This document shows, piece by piece, positions 13,856 to 22,064 of a stretch of 64,000 nucleotides of DNA. The stretch's first letter is position 1. Each line of letters opens with the position of its first letter. The translations under genes were made by a program, and so were the position numbers. The notes under the pieces are model-generated. The model was not told where the DNA came from and searched no databases. It was given only the letters and a program-made list of their open reading frames with translations. Source of the DNA: Myxococcales bacterium (lineage in GTDB: Bacteria; Myxococcota; Myxococcia; Myxococcales; UBA5297); assembly GCA_049841135.1 (NCBI GenBank), contig JASGHK010000008.1, forward strand, positions 211,272 through 275,271. Reading direction: 5' to 3'.

Positions 13856-14299
13856 GTGAATCGCCGGTCCCAGCTCCTGGTCCTCGCCGCCGTCGCCGCC
13901 TCGACTCCGGCGACGCTGGGCCTCGAGTCGCTGCTGCGCCTGCTCTTGCCCCCGGAGCTGGAGGAGATGCGGCTCTGGCTCAACCCGAAGGTCGCTCCGG
14001 TCGGCTGGGCGCTGGTGGCCCTCGCGGCGGCGTCGGTCCTCGTGGCCGTCTTCGCGCAGCGGCCCCTGCTCGCCTGGTTGCTGGCACGCGAGCGGCCCGC
14101 CTCGACGCCCGAGGCGGCTCGCACGGCCCAGGCGCGGCTGGCGACGCTGCTGCTGGCGACCTCCATCACCCAGGTCCCGGCGTTGCTGGCAACCGTCGCC
14201 TTCCTGTTCGGGGCCGACGCGCTCTCGACGTACCTGACCATCGGAATCGGGACCGTGGGCGTGCTGGCGCAGTGGCCGGCGCTGCAGCGCCTGAGGTAG
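13856..14299 (+). CDS. Small hypothetical membrane protein with 3-4 transmembrane segments
   Basis: 147 aa that are mostly hydrophobic helices (LVLAAVAAS..., WALVALAAASVLVAVFA, LLATVAFLFG, TIGIGTVGVLA). The protein has no homology anchor, so the call is tentative. Confidence 0.4.
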   Translation: MNRRSQLLVLAAVAASTPATLGLESLLRLLLPPELEEMRLWLNPKVAPVGWALVALAAASVLVAVFAQRPLLAWLLARERPASTPEAARTAQARLATLLLATSITQVPALLATVAFLFGADALSTYLTIGIGTVGVLAQWPALQRLR

Positions 14300-14362
14300 C
14301 GCCGGGCTCGCCTACTGCAAGCGCATCACCTGCTTCGAGTACGGCGCGTTGAGCCGGGCGCC

Positions 14363-16390
14363 TCAGCGGTCCTGCGATGCCGGGTCGCGCTCGATGGAGA
14401 CCTGCGGCTCGAACGCCGCCGACTCCAGGAAGCGCGTCGTGGCGTGGATGGCCTCCGGGCGGTGGAAGGCCAGGAAGTGCGTGTCCATGTCGTCGCCCGG
14501 CACGTCGTTGGTCCACTGCAGCAGGCCGCCGGTCGCGCCGCCCGGGAGGTTGCCCGCGAGCGGCGTCGCGCTCACCACCGCCATCCCGGACGCGCTCAGC
14601 TCCGGCCACGGTTGGACCAGCGGCGCGAGGAGCGGCACCCGCCCGGCGACCGCCAACGTCGCCGCCGTCGAGGCCGGGGTGAACACGTCGTGCATCCCGG
14701 ACGTGAGCAGGACGCTGGAGGGCGGCCCGAAGTCGGCGCGCGAGGCCCAATACGGCGCGTAGTTCACCGGATCGGTCACGTCGGTCAGCGTCTGGATGAG
14801 GGTGGCCACCGGGTGCAACTCGCTCAGCGGCTCGTCGGCCGAGCACCCGAGCACGAAGGAGAGCAGGGCCTGGATGTCCATCGGGTCCTTGCGCTCGACC
14901 AGCGTGCGAGAGAGGACGCCGCCGGTCCCCGAGAACCACCACGCGCCGACCCGCCGCTCGAAGGTCGCGGCCATGGCTCCGGCGATACCTCCCTGGGAGT
15001 GGCCGAAGAAGCCGATCCGGTCGGGCTCGAAGCAGATCTCCCTTCCGGTGGGGCTCTTGTCGGCGGGGACCCGGAGCGACTCGCGCACGAAGCGCGTCAG
15101 CTGGAAGGTGTCGACGGCCGCCTGCCGCGAGACCGACCTGGCGGACTCCGGGTTGAAGTAGTTGAAGCTCATCGCGTTCGCGTCGAACGCCTGGCCTTCG
15201 GCCCGTAGCCCGTGGAGCGGCAGGTCCAACCCGATGGCCGCCAGGCCACGCGCGGCGAGACGTCCTGCGACCCCGTCGTCGCGGAACGAGTACGCGTCGC
15301 CGCCCGTGCCGTGAGCCGCTTCCACGAGGCGGTAGCACGCGCCGCTGCGAGGCGGGTCGGCCGGGATGGTCAGCACGAAGCGCAGGTCTTCGTCGCGCAC
15401 GGGCTTGGGCGTTCCGGCCTCGAAGTGCAGCGCCCCGCCGGCCGTGGCGTACGGCACCTGCCCTTCCTGGTAGTTCTTGCCGGCGAAGCGGCCCTCCAGC
15501 ACCCAGTACGACGTCACCTCCCCCGGCCTCCACTCGAACGATTGCGAGAGGAACGTCCCCGCCGCCGCGCCGCGCGGGACCTGCCACGCATCGGCTCGCA
15601 GCTCGGGCGCCGGCTCCGACGCGAGCTGCTCGTGGATTGCCGCGAGCTGGGTCGTCACGGACTGGGTGGTGAAGACCGTGGCGACGACGATGCGCGAAGC
15701 GTTCGTTCCCTCGGTGCCGAGCCACTCGCGCACCGGCCGGTAGATCCCGACGAGCCGCTGGTACAGATCCACCGGAACCGCGGGCTGCACCTGCGGCGCG
15801 CGGGAGTCGCCCCTGAGCAGCGCCGCGAGGAGCGCAGGCTGCCGCAGGGCCCTGGAGTCCTTCGCCTTCAATCGGTCGTCGACGAGGAGCGCGTAGGTCG
15901 TCTTCTCCCGCAGCGGGAAGCCGGCGGCCGGCGCCACGGCCAGCGTGTTGGCCGCCAGGTACCTCCCCTTCTTCTCGTGAAGCTCCCAGCGCACCGGGCG
16001 GCGCTGTCCCAGCTCGGGAGAGCCCGCAGTCACGTCGACGATCTGCAGCGGCCCGTCGGCACTGAGGCCGGTCGGAAGGCTCGCGGGATCGAGGGCGCCG
16101 TCGAAGGCGACGTAGATCGCGCCGTTGGTGGAAAAGCCGTCGAGGCTCGCCGCCCCGAGCTGGGCGTAGGCCTCCACCAAGCTGGAGCGGGCGGCGTTGG
16201 GGAAGTCCGCGAACTTGGGCGCCCCCGCGGCGGTGCGCCGGTGGTCCGCGGGAAACGGAAAGGCGAGCCAGGTGCCGGCCGCGTCGTCGGCTTGCGGCGC
16301 CAGGGTCGGGTCGAACCTCGCGCTGACGCGGCCCGAGTCACACGCCGCCAGGCCGAGCGCCACCGCTGCCCACCGCCAGTCCCGCCGCAT
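14363..16390 (-). CDS. Secreted lipoprotein of the alpha/beta-hydrolase fold (serine esterase/lipase-like)
   Basis: The lipoprotein signal is MRRDWRWAAVALGLAACDSG (lipobox LAAC). The nucleophile elbow is FFGHSQGG (GxSxG). A GAGAGG ribosome-binding site lies upstream. Confidence 0.75.
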   Translation of the reverse strand: MRRDWRWAAVALGLAACDSGRVSARFDPTLAPQADDAAGTWLAFPFPADHRRTAAGAPKFADFPNAARSSLVEAYAQLGAASLDGFSTNGAIYVAFDGALDPASLPTGLSADGPLQIVDVTAGSPELGQRRPVRWELHEKKGRYLAANTLAVAPAAGFPLREKTTYALLVDDRLKAKDSRALRQPALLAALLRGDSRAPQVQPAVPVDLYQRLVGIYRPVREWLGTEGTNASRIVVATVFTTQSVTTQLAAIHEQLASEPAPELRADAWQVPRGAAAGTFLSQSFEWRPGEVTSYWVLEGRFAGKNYQEGQVPYATAGGALHFEAGTPKPVRDEDLRFVLTIPADPPRSGACYRLVEAAHGTGGDAYSFRDDGVAGRLAARGLAAIGLDLPLHGLRAEGQAFDANAMSFNYFNPESARSVSRQAAVDTFQLTRFVRESLRVPADKSPTGREICFEPDRIGFFGHSQGGIAGAMAATFERRVGAWWFSGTGGVLSRTLVERKDPMDIQALLSFVLGCSADEPLSELHPVATLIQTLTDVTDPVNYAPYWASRADFGPPSSVLLTSGMHDVFTPASTAATLAVAGRVPLLAPLVQPWPELSASGMAVVSATPLAGNLPGGATGGLLQWTNDVPGDDMDTHFLAFHRPEAIHATTRFLESAAFEPQVSIERDPASQDR

Positions 16391-16455
16391 GGCCGCCTCT
16401 CTGAGTCAGCGGCTCGCGGCGGGATGGGGACAGCCGGTGATGTCGGAGCGCGCCG

Positions 16456-18216
16456 CTAAGCCTGGTTCTTCTTCAGGATCCCCTCGATGCCGCCGCGCGC
16501 GATGGGGTGGTAGCCGTCGGCGTTGCGCTCGAAGCAGCGGCGAGCGTTGGGCCGGGTGGCCTCGACCTTCACGAGCGCGGTGTACAGAGGCTTGAGGTAC
16601 TTCATGCGCCCCACCTTGCCCAGTACCTCCTCCACCTTGGGGATCGCCGCCTCGTAGCCGGAGATCGCCGCGAGGCCGAGCCAGGAGACGAGCACCTCGT
16701 AGTTGCCGCTCTTGCTCAGCGAGAAGCGGCGGTCCAGCTCCTCGCACAGCACCTTGGGCGCCGGGTGCGGCAGGGCCTCGAGGTAGAGCGACCACTCGGC
16801 GGGGGTCCAGCTCTTGGCCAGGTCGTCGGCCGGCGCCTTGGCCCCGATCGCCTGCAGCGCCTCGAGCTTGGTGCTGACCGCCTTGGGCGCGTTGGCGGGG
16901 ATGCCCGGGCCGTCGATCCACTCGGTCGCGTTCACCTTCTCCAGCACGCCCGGGAGCTTGTCCTGCACGAAGCAGGTGAAGTCCTCGGTGGTGATCGACT
17001 TGAAGCGGAAGGCCTCGATGTACTGGCGCAGGAAGGCGTCGAAGGCCGGGCGGCCCACCGCCTCCTCGATGGTGCGCAAGAAGAGGTATCCCTTCTCGTA
17101 CGGCACCTGCGAGTACGCCTCGTCGGGGTCGACGCCGGCGAAGTCGGTGCGTAGCCGCGTCCACTCCGGGTGGTCCTTGAAGTCGGCGATGGCCTTCTCC
17201 AGGCTCTGGCGGCCCAGCGCTGCGTGCAGCCCGCTGACCTCCTTGCCCTCCAGCGCCTCCTGGATGCGCCGCTCGGCCCAGACCGTGAAGCCCTCGTTGA
17301 GCCAGAAGTGGTCGGCGTTGGCGTTGGTGACGAGGTTGCCGGTCCAGCTGTGCGCCAGCTCGTGCGCGAGCACGTTGACCAGCGAGCGGTCCCCGGCGAG
17401 CAGCGTGGGCGTCAGGAAGGTCAGCCGCGGGTTCTCCATGCCGCCGTACGGGAAGCTGGGCGGCATGGTGAGGATGTCGAACCGGTCCCAGTCGTAGGGG
17501 CCGAAGAGCTTCTCGGCGGCGAGGATCATCTTGTCGACGTCCTCGAACTCCCACTTGGCCTTCTCGACGATCTCCGGCTCGGCCCAGACGCGCGAGCGCG
17601 GGCCGACGTCGCGGGAGACCAGGTGCCCAACGGCGAGGGCGAAGAGGTACGGCGGAATGGCCTGCGGCATCTCGAAGACGTCGACGGCGAGCTTGCCCTT
17701 CTCGTCGCGGCGGACGGCGCCGGCGGCCATCACCGCCTTGAGCTCGACGGGGACGGTCACCTCGGCCTGGTAGCGGACGCGCACCCGCGGCGAGTCCTGC
17801 AGCGGGACGACGGACCGGGCATGGATGGACTGGCACTGGCTGAACAGGAACGGGTGCTTGCCGCCGGCGGTCTGCGCCGGGGTGAGCCACTGCAGCGCGG
17901 TGGCCTGCGGCGAGGTCCGGTAGGCGATGCGCAGCGCCCGGGTGCCCTTGGGCAGGTTCACGCGCAGGCGCGAGCCGAGGACGGGCTCGGCAGCGGCGAG
18001 CTCGTAGGCGAGCTTCTCGCCGCTCTCGGCGAAGACGCCGTGGATGGTCAGGTCGCGGGTGTCGAGATCGAGCGGGCCTTCGCCGGGCGACTCGAGCTCG
18101 AGCCGGGCCTCGGCCTCGATGACCTTGGCGTCGAAGTCGACGCGGGCCTTCCAGCCCAGGCGGGTGACCTGCGGTTGAGCGGCGTCGGCGTACGAGTGCG
18201 GATCGAGGCGGGCCAT
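16456..18216 (-). CDS. M1-family zinc aminopeptidase, leukotriene-A4-hydrolase-like
   Basis: The zinc motif is HELAHSWTGN...LNEGFTVWAE, which gives HEXXH-(18)-E. GAMEN-like GGMENP and a C-terminal LTA4H-type helical domain are present. An AAGGAG ribosome-binding site lies upstream. The overlapping ORF 16406..18259 is rejected as an artefact. Confidence 0.85.
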   Translation of the reverse strand: MARLDPHSYADAAQPQVTRLGWKARVDFDAKVIEAEARLELESPGEGPLDLDTRDLTIHGVFAESGEKLAYELAAAEPVLGSRLRVNLPKGTRALRIAYRTSPQATALQWLTPAQTAGGKHPFLFSQCQSIHARSVVPLQDSPRVRVRYQAEVTVPVELKAVMAAGAVRRDEKGKLAVDVFEMPQAIPPYLFALAVGHLVSRDVGPRSRVWAEPEIVEKAKWEFEDVDKMILAAEKLFGPYDWDRFDILTMPPSFPYGGMENPRLTFLTPTLLAGDRSLVNVLAHELAHSWTGNLVTNANADHFWLNEGFTVWAERRIQEALEGKEVSGLHAALGRQSLEKAIADFKDHPEWTRLRTDFAGVDPDEAYSQVPYEKGYLFLRTIEEAVGRPAFDAFLRQYIEAFRFKSITTEDFTCFVQDKLPGVLEKVNATEWIDGPGIPANAPKAVSTKLEALQAIGAKAPADDLAKSWTPAEWSLYLEALPHPAPKVLCEELDRRFSLSKSGNYEVLVSWLGLAAISGYEAAIPKVEEVLGKVGRMKYLKPLYTALVKVEATRPNARRCFERNADGYHPIARGGIEGILKKNQA

Positions 18217-18354
18217 GCCGTGGCTCCTTGCTTGAGAGACTTCGGTTCGACTGCGCCAAAGCGGGGTGGGTCAGAGGAGGCTCTGTCTATAGCGCCCTTC
18301 GCCCCGCCGCTGCACTCGCTGCTTCTGCGCGCGCCGCAGTTCGTCTGCCAGCCG

Positions 18355-19839
18355 TTAGCGCTGGGTCCGCACGGCCTGGAGCACCATCCGCTTGCCGCCC
18401 CGGTCCACCTCGAGGCGCACCCGGGTCCCGGGCCGTCCGGGAATCCGTGCGTGCGCCGCGCTGAGCGTCGCGACCGCGGCGCCGTCGACGGCCACGATCC
18501 GGTCCTCCGGCTCGAGCCCGGCGCGCGCCGCGCCGCTGTGGCGCATCACGTCCTCCACGTAGACGCCGCCGGGTCGCTCGCGGAGCACCACGCCGATGTA
18601 GCCCGGCGCGGGCCGCTGGATCTCCAGCTCGACGCGCAGCTTCGCCGACCCCGCCGCCGCCTGGGCGAACGCATGCCGCACCTCGCGGGCCTCGGCGCGT
18701 CCGCTGACGACGTAGCTGCCAGGCTCGACCCGCTCGAAGCGGAAGCGACCGTCAGGGCCCGAGCGCGCCTGGCGCACCAGCTCGCGGTCTCGACGCCAGT
18801 CGCTCGAGCCGCGCAGCCAGAGCTCGACGCCTGCGAGCGGCTTGCCGTCGGCGGCGTCCACCAGCAGGCCCTCGACGTCCTCGACGACGGTGAGCTGGCG
18901 GCGCGCGAGGTCCAGCCGCAGCTGCGCCACGACCTCGGTGCGCGCCTGGCCCGAGGCCTCGGAGAGGAAGATGTGGCCGCGCTCGGCGTGCGGCGGCAGC
19001 TCCACCTCCACCACGTCCAGGTAGCTGGCGAAGGCCGGCGCCGCGGCCAGGTAGGCCTCGCCCGGCGGCATCAGCGCGCCCACGTCGTCCGCGTAGAAGA
19101 GATCGTTGGGGACCTCGCAGCCCGCCTCGGCGCCGCGGTTGACGAAGGCCCGCACCACCGACAGCCGCGAGCCCTTCACCTGCGCCGCGGGGATGAGCAG
19201 CGAGACCTGGGCCAGGCAGTCGCGGTGGAGCGCGGGGGCGACGCCCGAGAGCGGCAAGGTCAACCGGGGATGGAGCGCGGGCGCGGAGGGGTCGGGCAAG
19301 AACGCCGCCGCCGTCTTCTCCAGCGCCGGCCAGGCGATGGAGAAGGCGTCGCGGGCGGCCGGCTTGAACGGCGCAGCGGTCTTCTTCGCGAAGTCGAGGC
19401 GCACGCCTCCGTCGGGCTGGAGCGGTGGGCCCACCAAGAGCCGCAGCGTCGAAGGCGAACCCGGGACGTCGGCCTGGAAGAAGACGGTGGCCTCGGCGCC
19501 GTCGCCGGAGAGTCCTTCGAGCGAGCCCACCGGCGTCAGCAGGTGCACCAGCCCTGACTCGTCGAGCGCGCGGAACCATCCGTCGCGGGGCGCCGGCGCG
19601 CCCTTGCCCGCGACCGGTGCCGAGAAGGTGGCCTTGAGCAGGAGCTTGCTGCGTGGCGCCCCGGGTCGCAACTCGACCGCGTCGACGGTGAGCTTGGAGT
19701 AGCAGCGCGGCGGATCGCCTGGGATGGGCAGGCGGGTCGCCAGGGACAGACCCGACGGCATCAGCGTGACCGGTTCGGCCGAGACGCCGGCGCACGGGAG
19801 CAGCACGAGAGCGGCGGCGATGGTCCGGAGGAGGCGCAT
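18355..19839 (-). CDS. Secreted protein with a carboxypeptidase-regulatory-like beta-sandwich and a C-terminal PDZ domain
   Basis: The signal peptide is MRLLRTIAAALVLLPCAGVSA. The beta-sandwich region reads GKPLAGVELWLRGSS...GPDGRFRFERVEPGSYVVS and the PDZ-like region reads GLEPEDRIVAVDGAAV...GTRVRLEVDRGGKRMVL. Confidence 0.65.
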   Translation of the reverse strand: MRLLRTIAAALVLLPCAGVSAEPVTLMPSGLSLATRLPIPGDPPRCYSKLTVDAVELRPGAPRSKLLLKATFSAPVAGKGAPAPRDGWFRALDESGLVHLLTPVGSLEGLSGDGAEATVFFQADVPGSPSTLRLLVGPPLQPDGGVRLDFAKKTAAPFKPAARDAFSIAWPALEKTAAAFLPDPSAPALHPRLTLPLSGVAPALHRDCLAQVSLLIPAAQVKGSRLSVVRAFVNRGAEAGCEVPNDLFYADDVGALMPPGEAYLAAAPAFASYLDVVEVELPPHAERGHIFLSEASGQARTEVVAQLRLDLARRQLTVVEDVEGLLVDAADGKPLAGVELWLRGSSDWRRDRELVRQARSGPDGRFRFERVEPGSYVVSGRAEAREVRHAFAQAAAGSAKLRVELEIQRPAPGYIGVVLRERPGGVYVEDVMRHSGAARAGLEPEDRIVAVDGAAVATLSAAHARIPGRPGTRVRLEVDRGGKRMVLQAVRTQR

Positions 19840-20073
19840 CCGGCCGGAGAGCCTAGCAGGCCGCCCCTGTCGGTTGCCGGCACCGCCTCGCGGAGGTTTG
19901 CGCCGGCCTTCCTGTCACCGCCGAACCTGTCAGCCGTCAGCATTGACAGGGGCCATGCCAGGCAAGGGCGTGGTCCAGCCGCGTTTTCCCCAGTCAATCC
20001 AGCGCGCCGCTGATGGCACGACGGATGCTCAGGGATCGGCGACCTTCTCGCTGTCATTTCTTCCGGAGCGACC

Positions 20074-20766
20074 ATGCCTCCCGTCACCCGCACCACGACC
20101 GGCTCCAACACCGTTGCGACCTCGACTGATCGCCCCGTCCTGCGCAAGGGCGCGCATGGCACCGCAGTGCGCGAGCTGCAGACGTTGCTCAAGGCCAAGG
20201 GCTACGACGTCTCGGTGGACGGCAGCCTGGGCTCGGGGACCGACCGCGCAGTCCGCGAGTTCCAGAAGTCGCAGGGGCTGCCCGCGGACGGGGTCGTCGG
20301 GCCCAAGACCTGGAAGCTCCTCGCCGGCGAACAGGGCGTCACCACCACGACGCCTCCGACTTCGCCCGCCTCACGCGCGCGCCTGGGCACCGGAAGCCCC
20401 AGCATCGACTTCAACGGCACGCCCCATACCCGGATCGAAGGGCGCGCGGCCAACTCGAAGATCTCCCTGGCCGGCTTCAACCCGATGACCCAGGACGGCA
20501 TCGCCCTGACGACCACCCAGGCCCGGCAGCTGGGCGTGAAGGTCGGCGACACCGTCACCATCCGCGACCGCGTGACCGGCGACACCTACGAGGCCACCTT
20601 CCACGACAGCGCCGGCAGCAAGCGCAAGGACCAGCTCGAGCACTTTGAGGTCAGCCCCGCGCTGGCCGACCGGCTAGGCATCAGCTACCGCACCCGTTCG
20701 GGCCGCATCGTCGATGCGGTCACCAATGGCGAGGAAGTCCGCGGCCGCTTCTGCATCGAGGGCTGA
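20074..20766 (+). CDS. Protein with a peptidoglycan-binding (PG_binding_1-like) domain
   Basis: The motif LRKGAHGTAVRELQTLLKAKGYDVSVDGSLGSGTDRAVREFQKSQGLPADGVVGPKTWKLL is typical of the domain. An uncharacterised domain follows at the C-terminus. Confidence 0.6.
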   Translation: MPPVTRTTTGSNTVATSTDRPVLRKGAHGTAVRELQTLLKAKGYDVSVDGSLGSGTDRAVREFQKSQGLPADGVVGPKTWKLLAGEQGVTTTTPPTSPASRARLGTGSPSIDFNGTPHTRIEGRAANSKISLAGFNPMTQDGIALTTTQARQLGVKVGDTVTIRDRVTGDTYEATFHDSAGSKRKDQLEHFEVSPALADRLGISYRTRSGRIVDAVTNGEEVRGRFCIEG

Positions 20767-20842
20767 CGAGGACCTTCGGGACCTGCGAGGCATCCCGGAG
20801 TATCGTGGGCCTGTTCGACAGCCCACTCCTCAGGAGCTTCCG

Positions 20843-21916
20843 ATGCGCCGCCGTGTCCTCCCCTTCCGCCTGCTTCTGGCTGGCTCGCTGTGCGCCGTCT
20901 TCGCCGCGAGCTGGTTCACCGGCTGTGGCGAGCAGCCCTCGGGGCAAACCGACACCGGCATCGTCGTCGCAGCGGACGCTTCCGTTCCCAGCGACGCGGC
21001 GGCCTTCCCTGCCGATGCCTCGGGCGAGGCGCTCGATGCATCGGCCCCTCCCGCGGATGCCACCGCGACACCGGCAGACGCGACGACGACCCCACTGGAT
21101 TCCTCCATCGCCGAGCCAGGTGACGCGTCACCCGGCCCCGATGCGACGGCCATCGAGTCCCCCGACGCGACCGAAATCGAGCCGCCGGACGCGACCACCA
21201 CCGAGCCGCCCGACGCGACGACGGTCGAGCCGTCGGACGCGACCACCGTCGAGCCGCCGGACGCCGCGACGGGAAACGGCGACGCCGGAGTGACCGTGCC
21301 GCTGCCCGGCTTCGGAGCCATCAGCGGGACGTGTGGCGTGCTCGACACCGAGCTGACCGACAGCGACCCGCACTACTTCGAGAACCACATCGACTTCGGC
21401 ACCGACCCGTATGACGACCCGGCGGACCGCCCGCAGCTGACCACGGGAGGCCAGACGATGATCACGCTCCCCAATGCCGGTGGCAGCTCCGGAAACTCGG
21501 AGGCGTTCTCCTTCGAGATGCTCGCCCGCTGCGAGCTGGCGAACCTCTACAAGACCGAGACGCAGATCACCTACGACATCACCGGCAAGATCACCGACCT
21601 CGAAGTCTTCATGGACGGCTACAAGATTGGCGTGAGCGTCGTGCGCGCCATGAGCTACCCCGAGACCGCTCCCTACACACTCGCCCAGGCGAAGTCGAAG
21701 CTCGAGAGCAAGCTCAGCGACATCAAGGCCAGCACGCTCAACGTCTCCGCTGCCGACAAGTGGGTGAAGCAGGTGCTCTACGTCTGGGCGCAGACGCAGA
21801 CCCACGCCGACACGGTGAACCAGGCCTACCAGCAGATCGACGCGGCGACGAAGGCCGACACCATCGTCATCGTCACCGTCAGCGACGGCGCCGACTCCTG
21901 GATCTACTTCCAGTAG
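20843..21916 (+). CDS. Lipoprotein with an (E/S)PPDATT-type acidic repeat linker and an uncharacterised C-terminal domain
   Basis: ATG 20843 follows a good AGGAG ribosome-binding site. The signal and lipobox are MRRRVLPFRLLLAGSLCAVFAASWFTGC. The linker shows 5-6 repeats (IEPPDATTTEPPDATTVEPSDATTVEPPDAATG). Confidence 0.65.
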   Translation: MRRRVLPFRLLLAGSLCAVFAASWFTGCGEQPSGQTDTGIVVAADASVPSDAAAFPADASGEALDASAPPADATATPADATTTPLDSSIAEPGDASPGPDATAIESPDATEIEPPDATTTEPPDATTVEPSDATTVEPPDAATGNGDAGVTVPLPGFGAISGTCGVLDTELTDSDPHYFENHIDFGTDPYDDPADRPQLTTGGQTMITLPNAGGSSGNSEAFSFEMLARCELANLYKTETQITYDITGKITDLEVFMDGYKIGVSVVRAMSYPETAPYTLAQAKSKLESKLSDIKASTLNVSAADKWVKQVLYVWAQTQTHADTVNQAYQQIDAATKADTIVIVTVSDGADSWIYFQ

Positions 21917-22064
21917 CCGCAGAGCGCCTTTCGCAACCCTGCGAGATGACGCCGGAATCCGGCGATTCGTGAAATCCCGTTTTCCAAGGCCCCGGATTCA
22001 CTGAGAATTTCGGGCTCGGCCCGCATCCATTATATGCGGGAACCCGAGCCCCCCCCCACCTGGT